This document shows positions 24,710 to 33,205 of a stretch of 63,646 nucleotides of DNA, one piece after another (within the stretch, counting starts at the first letter, position 1; every line of letters begins with the position of its first letter). The position numbers and the translations under genes are program-made. The DNA is taken from the NCBI GenBank assembly GCA_028715785.1, contig JAQURC010000008.1, forward strand, positions 1 to 63,646. Reading direction: 5' to 3'. This DNA is from Candidatus Omnitrophota bacterium. GTDB lineage: Bacteria; Omnitrophota; Gorgyraeia; Gygaellales; Profunditerraquicolaceae. The notes below the pieces were generated by a model that had not been told where the DNA came from, ran no database searches, and was given only the letters and a program-made list of their open reading frames with translations.

Positions 24710-25614
24710 ATTTGTTTTTGGATTTTTAACGCAACGGCCAAGGCCTGCCGGGCTACCGGGCCGGAAACCAGGGGGGTAGTTCCGTTGGTAACGCAGGCAA
24801 TAAAGGATTCCAATTCTTTTTGCAGAGGCTGTTCTTTTTCTATGGGCAGGTTTTCTTTGGTTATTTGTAAACCGATTTTCCTGTAAACCGAGGCTTGCGC
24901 GTTTTTATAATCCAGGGAGATATAGGTATCTTCCTGGAAGATGCGTATTTTACGCATCGAGTCGTCGGATACCCGGGATGCGGTAAGGTTGGCAACGCAG
25001 CCATTTTTAAAAGTCAGGCGGGCGTTGGCAATGTCTTCAAATCTGGTCAGCACGTTTATCCCCACGGAATCAATTCTCTTTAGCGCAGAATCTACCAGCC
25101 CCAGGACGATATCGATATCATGGATCATAATGTCCAGCACCGCTCCTACGTCAAGTGAACGGTTAGGAAAGTTTGAAAGGCGGTGGCATTCGATAAATTT
25201 CGGCAGCTTGATGATTTTAAGGGTGGCGGCAAACGCCGAGTTGAACCTTTCAATGTGGCCGACCTGGAGGATAAGTTTATTCCTGTCGGCAATCTTAATG
25301 AGATCATCGGCTTCTTTGAGGGTCAGGGTAAAAGGTTTTTCCACCAGCGCATGAATTCCCGCCCTAAGGAAGTCGGTTGTAATTTTATGGTGCAATAGGG
25401 TGGGAACGGCAACGCTTACCGCATCCACCTTGCCAAAAAGCTCTTTATAGTCGTTATACCCTGCTACTCCTAAATTAGCGCTTGCCCGGCTTAGGGCTTC
25501 CGGATTGGTGTCGCATACTCCCACTAACTGGCAATTTGGGCTTTCCTTATATATTTTGGCGTGGATACTGCCTAAATGTCCTACTCCGATTACCGCTACC
25601 TTGAGTTTGCTCAT
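24697..25614 (-). CDS. Gfo/Idh/MocA family oxidoreductase, co-oriented with lpxB and overlapping it
   Basis: Has the VAVIGVGHLGSIH Rossmann start. The start is set at the MSKLKV ATG (25614). It overlaps the lpxB start by 13 nt. Confidence 0.8.
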   Translation of the reverse strand: MSKLKVAVIGVGHLGSIHAKIYKESPNCQLVGVCDTNPEALSRASANLGVAGYNDYKELFGKVDAVSVAVPTLLHHKITTDFLRAGIHALVEKPFTLTLKEADDLIKIADRNKLILQVGHIERFNSAFAATLKIIKLPKFIECHRLSNFPNRSLDVGAVLDIMIHDIDIVLGLVDSALKRIDSVGINVLTRFEDIANARLTFKNGCVANLTASRVSDDSMRKIRIFQEDTYISLDYKNAQASVYRKIGLQITKENLPIEKEQPLQKELESFIACVTNGTTPLVSGPVARQALAVALKIQKQIWHR

Positions 25615-25662
25615 ATTTAAAATCATAGCAGAGCCAGGGACTACTTGCAACTGATTTTTAAA

Positions 25663-25730
25663 GTAACAGTTCAGCTCTCAGAAGAACCCCGTCGTAGGGC
25701 AGGTTTAAACCTGCCCTGCTCAAGACTAAA
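25663..25730 (+). repeat. family C element, right-truncated copy
   Basis: GTAACAGTTCAGCTCTCAGAAGAACCCCGTCGTAGGGCAGGTTTAAACCTGCCCTGC matches 4908-4964 with 2 differences. The right arm is missing. Confidence 0.85.
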
Positions 25731-25797
25731 TAATGAACCTTGCGCCATCTGCTGCAAATAGCTATCAACGTGTCGCAACCTATCTTCACTAGCAAAT

Positions 25798-25882
25798 AAA
25801 GGGGACGGTTCTATTTTTCTGTACTTTGTAGCTGACGTTTAAACGTCAGCTACTCTGTGGATAAAAAATAGAACTGTCCCCT
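25798..25882 (-). repeat. REP-1 element, copy 3 (inverted orientation)
   Basis: AAAGGGGACGGTTCTATTTTTCTGTACTTTGTAGCTGACGTTTAAACGTCAGCTACTCTGTGGATAAAAAATAGAACTGTCCCCT is the reverse complement of the copy 1/4 arrangement. Confidence 0.9.
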
Positions 25883-25915
25883 GATTTTCGCCCTATTTTT
25901 ATCTAATAAAAAGGT

Positions 25916-25943
25916 TTGCCAGGCTTGGATTATGTGCTAAAAT
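25916..25943 (+). promoter_or_regulatory. candidate promoter for msbA
   Basis: TTGCCA, a 16-nt spacer (with TGTGC just upstream of the -10), then TAAAAT. Confidence 0.4.
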
Positions 25944-25964
25944 ACCTTTCTTAAAGGAAAGGAA

Positions 25965-27758
25965 ATGATGAAAGATTATCTGAAATTGTTCAGGTTTGTT
26001 TGGCCTTATAAGTGGCTTTTCCTGATCGCCACAATTTGCATGGGGTTCTCCGCGATTTTTGACGGGGTGTCTTTGGCAATGATGGTCCCTCTGGCAGATA
26101 AGGTCTTGACGAATAAAAGGATTATTGTCCCCACCAAACTGCCGGATATACTGTCCGGTTTCGTCGACAAAATAAATAATACCCCTCCGGAGATCTTGCT
26201 CAACTATATGGCGGTAGCGGTCCTGCTGCTCTTTTTACTAAAAGGGGTTTTTGGCTTTTTCCAGAGTTATTTTATGTCGGATATCGGCCAACGCGTGGTC
26301 AGGGACATCAAAAGCCGGCTTTATGCCAAGATCCAATCTTTATCCCTGAACTATTTTACGCATAAGCGCGGCGGGGAGCTGATGTCACGGATTACTAACG
26401 ACGTCAAAATTGTGGAGAATGCCGTATCCTACGGTTCGACCGACCTGATTTACCAGAGCCTGCAAGTAGTCATTTTTGCGGTAGTTATTTTCTTTATCTA
26501 TTTTAAGATGGCGTTTTTGGCCTTTGTATTTTTACCGTTGATAAGCTTGCCGATTATTAAAGTCGGCAGGGCCTTAAGAAAACTTTCCAAGCGTTCCCAG
26601 GAGAAGATCGCCGATACCAACTCCCTTCTTTATGAGACGATTATGGGCGCCAGGATCGTTAAAGCTTTCAATATGGAAGAGTATGAGGTTAATAAATTCA
26701 ATAAGGTAAACGCGGATTATTATAAGATCTCCATGAAGTCGATCAAACGCACGCTCCTGCTTAACCCTTCCACGGAATTCCTGGGAGTGATTGCCGGAGT
26801 CCTGGTTTTTTTCTGGGGCGGCCGGGAGGTTATCGCCGGCAGGTTGTCTTTTGGTGTTTTCGGGCTTTTTCTGGGTTCTTTATTATCTTTGATCCGTCCT
26901 TTTAAAAAAATAAGCCAGGTTAATGCCTTGAACCAGCAGGCCATGGCCGCCAGCGAGCGTATTCATGAGGTACTGGATACAGAAGCAAGCGTAAAAGAGG
27001 CCGTTAAGCCGAAGGTTTTACCGGCTTTTAAGAAAAATATCAGGTTTAAGGATATCCGGTTTAGTTACGCCGATACGCAAATTTTAAAAGGGGTTAACTT
27101 GGAAGTAGAATACGGGCAGATGCTGGCGATTGTCGGGCCCAGCGGTTCGGGAAAAAGCACCCTGGTAGATTTAATTCCGCGTTTTTACGATCCTCAAAAC
27201 GGGGCGGTATTTATTGACGGAGTGGACCTGCGGGAGTTTAGCCTAAAATCATTGCGCGCGCAGATCGGGATAGTTAATCAGGAGACTATGCTTTTTAATG
27301 ATACGATCCGTGCCAATATTGCTTATGGCCGGCCGGATGCTTCTTTAAAAGAAATCGAGGAGGCGGCCTCGAAAGCCCACGCCCATGATTTTATACTTAA
27401 TTGCCCGCAAGGCTATGAAACGGTTATCGGGGATAGAGGAGTAAAAATTTCAGGAGGAGAGCGCCAGCGTATTGCCATAGCGCGCGCCCTTTTGAAGAAT
27501 GCCCCGATATTAATCCTGGATGAGGCTACTTCGCAATTGGATTCTGCCTCCGAGCGCATTGTCCAGGAGGCTTTGGACCGGCTGGTCAGCGGCAGGACGG
27601 TATTTATGATCGCGCACCGGCTTTCTACGGTAAGGAACGCCGACAGGATTATAGTTTTGGATAAGGGGATGATCGTTGAACAGGGCACGCATAGCCAGCT
27701 GCTGGAAAAGAACGGTTTGTATAAGCGGTTGTATACGGCTCAAGAGCTGCAAAAATAG
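25965..27758 (+). CDS. msbA: ABC transporter permease/ATPase, MsbA-like lipid A exporter
   Basis: Has six N-terminal TM segments, the Walker A motif GPSGSGKST, the signature ISGGERQR and LILDEATS. Confidence 0.85.
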   Translation: MMKDYLKLFRFVWPYKWLFLIATICMGFSAIFDGVSLAMMVPLADKVLTNKRIIVPTKLPDILSGFVDKINNTPPEILLNYMAVAVLLLFLLKGVFGFFQSYFMSDIGQRVVRDIKSRLYAKIQSLSLNYFTHKRGGELMSRITNDVKIVENAVSYGSTDLIYQSLQVVIFAVVIFFIYFKMAFLAFVFLPLISLPIIKVGRALRKLSKRSQEKIADTNSLLYETIMGARIVKAFNMEEYEVNKFNKVNADYYKISMKSIKRTLLLNPSTEFLGVIAGVLVFFWGGREVIAGRLSFGVFGLFLGSLLSLIRPFKKISQVNALNQQAMAASERIHEVLDTEASVKEAVKPKVLPAFKKNIRFKDIRFSYADTQILKGVNLEVEYGQMLAIVGPSGSGKSTLVDLIPRFYDPQNGAVFIDGVDLREFSLKSLRAQIGIVNQETMLFNDTIRANIAYGRPDASLKEIEEAASKAHAHDFILNCPQGYETVIGDRGVKISGGERQRIAIARALLKNAPILILDEATSQLDSASERIVQEALDRLVSGRTVFMIAHRLSTVRNADRIIVLDKGMIVEQGTHSQLLEKNGLYKRLYTAQELQK

Positions 27759-27786
27759 TTGCAAATAGGCAAAATTTTGCTATAAT
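27759..27786 (+). promoter_or_regulatory. sigma70-like promoter upstream of rpsB
   Basis: TTGCAA, a 16-nt spacer, then TATAAT. Confidence 0.6.
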
Positions 27787-27867
27787 TACCCGATTAACTT
27801 CCTGCCGTTAAAAGGCAAGAAATATATATTAACCGATAAAAGAGAATAAAGAAGGGGGAAAAGAAAC

Positions 27868-28761
27868 GTGCCATCAGAATTAATCAAGCAACTTTTGGAA
27901 GCAGGCGTGCATTTTGGCCACCAGACTAAACGCTGGAATCCCAAAATGAAGAAGTTTATTTTTGGTTCAAGGAGCGGCATTTACATTATCGACCTGGAAA
28001 AGACCGAAGAGTGCATTAACGCTGCCCGGGATTTTTTAATGGAGATAGCTTCTAAGGGTGAATTCGTGCTTTTTGTGGGTACTAAAAAGCAGGCCCAGGA
28101 TGTAATCAAACAGGAGGCCATCCGCAGCGGGATGTATTACGTTACCGACCGCTGGCCGGGGGGGATGCTTACTAATTTCGCTACTATTAAAAAGAGCATC
28201 AACCGTTTAAAAGATATCGAAAAGATGCGCCTGGACGGAACATTCGAGAAGCTGACCAAAAAAGAGGTCGCGCTTTTGGAAAAAGAACTGGCCAAGCTTA
28301 ATAAAAATTTCGCCGGGATTGTCCCCATGGAGCGCATGCCCAGGGCGGTTTTTGTCGTCGATACCAAAAAAGAGCAAACCGCGGTGCTTGAGGCGCGCAG
28401 ATTAGGAATTCCGGTGATCGGACTGATCGATACTAACTCCAATCCCGCCCTGGTAGATTATCCTATTCCCGGTAATGATGATGCCACTAAATCCATCCGC
28501 ACGGTAACTGCGATTATCGCGGATACGATTATCGAAGGAAGAAAGAAATTTTTATCTTACCTTACCCAGGAAGGGGTTAAGGTAGAAGATGTCAAGCAGG
28601 ATATCTCCGCGGAGGTGCTTCCGGAAGAAGAGCTTAAGATCAAGGAAATCGAAGAGATCGTTGAGGAGAGCCAGCCGCTTATCGATGAAACGGCTGCGGC
28701 AAAAAAGGCCCACCTTAAACCGGCGGCGGATATAAAGCCGAAACTAAGAAAAAAGGGGTAA
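27868..28761 (+). CDS. rpsB: 30S ribosomal protein S2
   Basis: Contains GVHFGHQTKRWNPKM. It has a GTG start behind GGGGGA. Confidence 0.95.
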   Translation: MPSELIKQLLEAGVHFGHQTKRWNPKMKKFIFGSRSGIYIIDLEKTEECINAARDFLMEIASKGEFVLFVGTKKQAQDVIKQEAIRSGMYYVTDRWPGGMLTNFATIKKSINRLKDIEKMRLDGTFEKLTKKEVALLEKELAKLNKNFAGIVPMERMPRAVFVVDTKKEQTAVLEARRLGIPVIGLIDTNSNPALVDYPIPGNDDATKSIRTVTAIIADTIIEGRKKFLSYLTQEGVKVEDVKQDISAEVLPEEELKIKEIEEIVEESQPLIDETAAAKKAHLKPAADIKPKLRKKG

Positions 28762-28768
28762 TTTTAAA

Positions 28769-29293
28769 ATGAAAAGTTCAGTTGACGCGATTAAAGAATT
28801 AAGGGACCTGACCTGCTCAAGCGTTGCTCATTGCAAAAAAGCCTTAGAGGAGGCCAAGGGCGACATCAAGCAGGCAATTATATTATTACGTAAGCAGGGT
28901 TTAGAGGTCGCGGCCAAGAAACAGGGCCGGGCCGCCAAAGAAGGCAGGATTGATTGCTATATCCATCATGGCAATAAAATCGGGGTCTTGTTGGAGGTCA
29001 ACTGTGAATCGGATTTTGTCGCCCGCAACGATGAGTTCATTAAATTCACCAAGGATCTGGCGATGCAGATTGCCGCCACCAGCCCGGAGTATATCAAGAA
29101 AGAAGATGTGCCGGAAGATCTCCTGAAGCATGAAAAAAATAAAGAAGATTACTATAAAAATAATTGTTTGTTAGAGCAGGTTTTTGTGAAAGACCCGGGT
29201 TTAACGATCAAAGATTATCTGGGTAACATCGTAGCAAAGATCGGCGAAAATGTCGTTATCCGCAGGTTCGTCCGCTACAAGATTGGCGAATAA
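28769..29293 (+). CDS. tsf: elongation factor Ts (short form)
   Basis: Has an N-terminal UBA-like ELRDLT..CKKALEEAKGDIKQAI region and follows rpsB. Confidence 0.9.
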   Translation: MKSSVDAIKELRDLTCSSVAHCKKALEEAKGDIKQAIILLRKQGLEVAAKKQGRAAKEGRIDCYIHHGNKIGVLLEVNCESDFVARNDEFIKFTKDLAMQIAATSPEYIKKEDVPEDLLKHEKNKEDYYKNNCLLEQVFVKDPGLTIKDYLGNIVAKIGENVVIRRFVRYKIGE

Positions 29294-29298
29294 AATAA

Positions 29299-30021
29299 AT
29301 GGTCAAACCGGTTTACAAAAGAATCGTCATTAAGATAAGCGGCGAGGCCCTGGCCGGGAAAGATACCCATGGTATAGACCCGCAGGTGCTTCTTTCTATT
29401 TCGCGCCAAATTAAAGAGATCAGGGCTTTGGCGGTGGATGTTGCTGTTGTCCTGGGCGCGGGAAATATCCTGCGCGGCCAGGAAAATACCGCTTGCCGCG
29501 GCCTGGATATGGACCGTTCCGTCGCGGATTATATGGGGATGCTGGCTACGGTAATCAACGGGCTTTCTTTGCAGGATGCGCTGGAGAAAACAGGCGTGCC
29601 GACCAGAGTGATGACGGCTATTGAGATGCAAAAGATAGCCGAGCCCTACATTAGAAGAAGGGCGATACGGCATTTAGAAAAGGGCAGGGTGGTTATTTTT
29701 GTCGCCGGCACCGGTAATCCTTATTTTACCACCGATACGGCCGCAGCCCTTCGGGCCATGGAGATTAACGCCTGCGCGATTTTAAAAGCCACCAAGGTCG
29801 ACGGAGTTTATTCCGCCGATCCCCTGAAAGTAAAAGACGCCAAAAAATTCAGCCGGTTAAAATATATCGATGTGCTTAAAAAGGGATTAAAGGTGATGGA
29901 TGCCACGGCAGTCAGCTTGTGCATGGACAATAAATTGCCCATCGTGGTTTTTAACCTTAACCGCCTGGGGAATATCAGGCGCGTAGTTTTAGGTGAGAAT
30001 ATCGGGACAGTCGTTAGATAA
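29299..30021 (+). CDS. pyrH: UMP kinase
   Basis: Contains [13 protein letters not shown] and [10 protein letters not shown]. Confidence 0.95.
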   Translation: MVKPVYKRIVIKISGEALAGKDTHGIDPQVLLSISRQIKEIRALAVDVAVVLGAGNILRGQENTACRGLDMDRSVADYMGMLATVINGLSLQDALEKTGVPTRVMTAIEMQKIAEPYIRRRAIRHLEKGRVVIFVAGTGNPYFTTDTAAALRAMEINACAILKATKVDGVYSADPLKVKDAKKFSRLKYIDVLKKGLKVMDATAVSLCMDNKLPIVVFNLNRLGNIRRVVLGENIGTVVR

Positions 30022-30036
30022 TCGGAGGTAAGTTGG

Positions 30037-30597
30037 ATGTCTATCAAAGAAACATTATTTAATACTGAAGATAAAATGAAGAAGGCTTTTGATTCGATGA
30101 ACCGCCAATTCCATGAGGTCAGGACCGGCAGGGCCTCCCCGAGTTTAGTCGAAGGCCTGCATATCGATTATTACGGGACGCCGACCATGTTAAAGCAGCT
30201 GGCAGCAATATCTGCCCCGGACGCGCATTTGATCGTTATCCAGCCCTGGGATGTTTCCGCGATTGTGGAGATTGAGAAGGCGATTATAAAATCTAACCTG
30301 GGAGTCAGCCCTTCCAACGACGGAAAGATTATCAGGATTGCCGTTCCGCAGCTGTCTAAAGAGAGGCGCCAGGAGATGGCCAAGTTGGCCCATAAAATGG
30401 CCGAAGACGGCCGGGTATCCCTGCGCACTATCAGAAGGGATGCCAAAGAAGCCGTGGAGAAGATGGAAAAAGATAAAATTATCTCCGAAGACGAGAAGTT
30501 CCGCGGAGTCGATGAATTACAGAAAATCGTCGATAAATATATCGCTAAGATCGACGAAATTTTAAAGGTTAAAGAAAAAGAAATTTTGGAATTTTAG
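30037..30597 (+). CDS. frr: ribosome recycling factor
   Basis: 186 aa, contains RTGRASPSLVE, and fits the tsf-pyrH-frr synteny. Confidence 0.95.
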   Translation: MSIKETLFNTEDKMKKAFDSMNRQFHEVRTGRASPSLVEGLHIDYYGTPTMLKQLAAISAPDAHLIVIQPWDVSAIVEIEKAIIKSNLGVSPSNDGKIIRIAVPQLSKERRQEMAKLAHKMAEDGRVSLRTIRRDAKEAVEKMEKDKIISEDEKFRGVDELQKIVDKYIAKIDEILKVKEKEILEF

Positions 30598-30602
30598 GTT
30601 TT

Positions 30603-30675
30603 GGGCCTCTAGCTCATCCGGTAGAGCACCACACTTTTAATGTGGTTGTGCCGCGTTCGAGTCGCGGGAGGCTCA
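30603..30675 (+). tRNA. tRNA-Lys (anticodon UUU)
   Basis: Hand-folded cloverleaf. Acceptor GGGCCTC/GAGGCTC; anticodon stem CCACA/TGTGG with loop CTTTTAA; T arm CCGCG-TTCGAGT-CGCGG. CCA is not encoded. Confidence 0.9.
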
Positions 30676-30685
30676 TGAATAATTT

Positions 30686-30852
30686 GATAACCTGCGGTAT
30701 TGTTCGCGTGCGAAATTTTTCGCCGTGTGCTGCGGTTTACGACTCACTCTCGGACTGACTTACGCTGTAAGAATGTCCTCCGTTCGTCGTAATTCCTTGC
30801 ACACATTTGCCGAAAAATTTCTAATGCACGCTCCACAATACCGCAGGTTATC
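30686..30852. repeat. 167-nt long imperfect hairpin element between tRNA-Lys and tRNA-Leu
   Basis: It has 18-bp perfect terminal arms GATAACCTGCGGTATTGT and ACAATACCGCAGGTTATC. Inner pairs are GCGAAATTTTTCGCC/GCCGAAAAATTTC, TTACGAC/GTCGTAA, GGAC/GTCC and CTTAC/GTAAG. Confidence 0.85.
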
Positions 30853-30886
30853 GAAGCTATTTGTAGGTGGGAAGAGGAAAATATCC

Positions 30887-30968
30887 GGGCGGATGGCGAA
30901 ATTGGCAGACGCGATAGCCTTAGGAGCTATTGGGGCAACCCTTGGAGGTTCAAATCCTCTTCCGCCCA
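30887..30968 (+). tRNA. tRNA-Leu (anticodon UAG)
   Basis: Acceptor GGGCGGA/TCCGCCC; anticodon stem ATAGC/GCTAT with loop CTTAGGA; long variable arm; T loop TTCAAAT. Confidence 0.9.
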
Positions 30969-30979
30969 AGAAACTTGCA

Positions 30980-31012
30980 GCACCCCGCGCTTATAAGGTA
31001 TTGCGCGGGTGC
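30980..31012 (+). repeat. family D repeat, copy 2 (first hairpin only), between tRNA-Leu and tRNA-Gly
   Basis: GCACCCCGCGCTTATAAGGTATTGCGCGGGTGC is identical to the copy 1 hairpin. Confidence 0.9.
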
Positions 31013-31022
31013 GCGTTCGTAC

Positions 31023-31096
<74 letters not shown>

Positions 31097-31135
31097 TTGA
31101 TTTGTCCCGAATTTATTATTTGAAAGGAGAAACAA

Positions 31136-31606
31136 ATGCAGATAATGGATTTTCTTTCCAAAAAAGCAATTCTCACCGATATAAAATCTACCAGGAAGGA
31201 AGATGTGATCAATGAGCTGGTCGATCTTTTGATCGAATCCGGCGATGTCGAGAAACGTAACCGCAGTAAGCTGGTGGATTCCCTTATGTCCAGGGAGGCC
31301 CTTGGTTCTACTGCTATCGGCCAAGGCATAGCCATACCGCACGCAAAATGCGACTGTGTGGATAAATTAGTTGCGGCTTTCGGCCTTTCCAAGAGAGGCG
31401 TGGATTTCGATTCTTTAGACGGGGAATTAGCGTATATTTTCTTTTTACTTGTTGCCCCGCAGGATTCCGCCGGCCCGCACCTTAAGGCTTTAGCCAGGAT
31501 ATCGCGCCTGTTAAAGGATAAGTATTTTCGTGATACCCTGCGCACCTGCATGGATGATAAATCCGTAATCAAGATTATCACGCAGGAAGACGAAAAAAAG
31601 ATTTGA
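31136..31606 (+). CDS. ptsN: PTS EIIA-Ntr type protein (PtsN-like)
   Basis: Contains the GIAIPHAK phospho-His motif and is 156 aa long. Confidence 0.85.
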   Translation: MQIMDFLSKKAILTDIKSTRKEDVINELVDLLIESGDVEKRNRSKLVDSLMSREALGSTAIGQGIAIPHAKCDCVDKLVAAFGLSKRGVDFDSLDGELAYIFFLLVAPQDSAGPHLKALARISRLLKDKYFRDTLRTCMDDKSVIKIITQEDEKKI

Positions 31607-31691
31607 TCCGCAAGGGTCAATCTTTCCTGTGCCTATTAAGGAAGGGCCTGGTCCTGTATTAAACATATATCAAAACAGGTAATTTAAAAAA

Positions 31692-32933
31692 ATGAAATCT
31701 ATCGTAACCGGCGGCTTAAAATGGTTTTATCCTGGTATAGGCATTAAGCGTTGGGTCGGTTTAAGCACTTTTGGAGTGGCGCTTTTGATCCTGGGAACCG
31801 CTAACCTGCGCAGCGAAGAGTTCTGGCTGATTCAGTTTCTGGATGCCCTGATCGTAGTTTCGGGAATTATAATTTTAATCCTGGGCATCAAAAGGATGAT
31901 GCGCTCTTTTATCGCGGTATTTGCCCCGTCCTCAAGGGGCACAGAGCTGATTGATATTTTGTATCAGAAAAAGCAATTAAGCCGCGGCCCGCGTATCGTT
32001 GCCGTAGGCGGCGGCACGGGGCTGTCGGTCCTTCTAAGCGGGTTAAAAAATTATTCTTCGAATATCTCAGCCGTAGTTACAGTAGCCGATAATGGGGGTT
32101 CAAGCGGACGCTTGCGGCAGCAGTTCGATGTCTTGCCTCCCGGGGATATTCGTAACTGCCTGGTCGCCCTTGCCGATGCCCCGGCGCTGATGCGGGACCT
32201 TTTCCAGTTCCGTTTTGACGGGAATTCGGAATTTTCCGGGCATTCTTTCGGCAACCTCTTTCTTACGGTAATGACCCGCCTGACCGGTGATTTTGAAAAG
32301 GCGATTAAGGAGACCAGCAAGGTCCTGGCTTTGCGCGGCCAGGTTATTCCTTCTACGCTTGAGGATGTTACGTTGGTGGCCCATTTTAATGACGGTTCAA
32401 CGGTTATAGGAGAAGACCAGATTCCCAGGGCCAGGAAGGCGATTGATACGGTTAACCTTACTCCTGAACAGCCGCCTGCCACGCAGGATGCCTTAAAGGC
32501 AATAAGGGAAGCGCAGGTTATTATTTTAGGCCCGGGTTCTTTATATACGAGTATAATTCCCAATCTTTTGATTAAGGAAATAACCAAGGAAATTGCCGAG
32601 TCTGAGGCATTAAAGGTTTATGTTTGCAATGTGATGACTCAGTCTGGGGAGACCGATGGTTACAGTGTTTCCGATCATATTAAGGCTCTGGTAAAGCATA
32701 GCCATGCCCATATCCTGGATTATTGCCTGGTGAATAACGGAGAGGTGCCGCAGGAGATTCTGGGGCGGTATTCCAAAGATAAATCGGTCCTTGTGACCAA
32801 TGACCGCAGGAAGGCGGAGGGGCTTGGCTACCGGGTGGTAGAGGAAGATTTTAGCATGGTTGTGGACGGGGTAATCCGGCATGACCCGGAAAAGTTGGCA
32901 AAAATTATTTTGAGTTTCATTGACGAGATCTAG
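31692..32933 (+). CDS. YvcK/CofD-like (UPF0052) protein with an N-terminal two-helix membrane anchor
   Basis: Contains IVAVGGGTGLSVLLSGLK, the YvcK core. The first ~70 aa are hydrophobic (VGLSTFGVALLILG, ALIVVSGIIILILG). Confidence 0.8.
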   Translation: MKSIVTGGLKWFYPGIGIKRWVGLSTFGVALLILGTANLRSEEFWLIQFLDALIVVSGIIILILGIKRMMRSFIAVFAPSSRGTELIDILYQKKQLSRGPRIVAVGGGTGLSVLLSGLKNYSSNISAVVTVADNGGSSGRLRQQFDVLPPGDIRNCLVALADAPALMRDLFQFRFDGNSEFSGHSFGNLFLTVMTRLTGDFEKAIKETSKVLALRGQVIPSTLEDVTLVAHFNDGSTVIGEDQIPRARKAIDTVNLTPEQPPATQDALKAIREAQVIILGPGSLYTSIIPNLLIKEITKEIAESEALKVYVCNVMTQSGETDGYSVSDHIKALVKHSHAHILDYCLVNNGEVPQEILGRYSKDKSVLVTNDRRKAEGLGYRVVEEDFSMVVDGVIRHDPEKLAKIILSFIDEI

Positions 32934-32935
32934 GC

Positions 32936-33205
32936 ATGGCTTTAATTAAAAAAGAACTGGTCGTAAAGAATAAACAAGGGCTGCATGCCCGGCCGGCTGC
33001 CATATTCGTGCAGGTAGCCAATAAATTTGACGCGCGCATTACCGTGCGCCATGATGCCGAAGAGGTCAACGGTAAATCCATAATGGGTATTCTCATGCTT
33101 GGAGCGGAAAAGGGCAGCTTGATTATCATTGAAGCAGACGGTTACGATGCGGAAAAAGCATTGGAAGAATTAGAGAAGATAGTGACTAACGAGGAAGAGC
33201 TATGA
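32936..33205 (+). CDS. ptsH: phosphocarrier protein HPr
   Basis: Contains GLHARPAA (His15 region) and NGKSIMGIL (Ser46 region). Confidence 0.9.
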   Translation: MALIKKELVVKNKQGLHARPAAIFVQVANKFDARITVRHDAEEVNGKSIMGILMLGAEKGSLIIIEADGYDAEKALEELEKIVTNEEEL

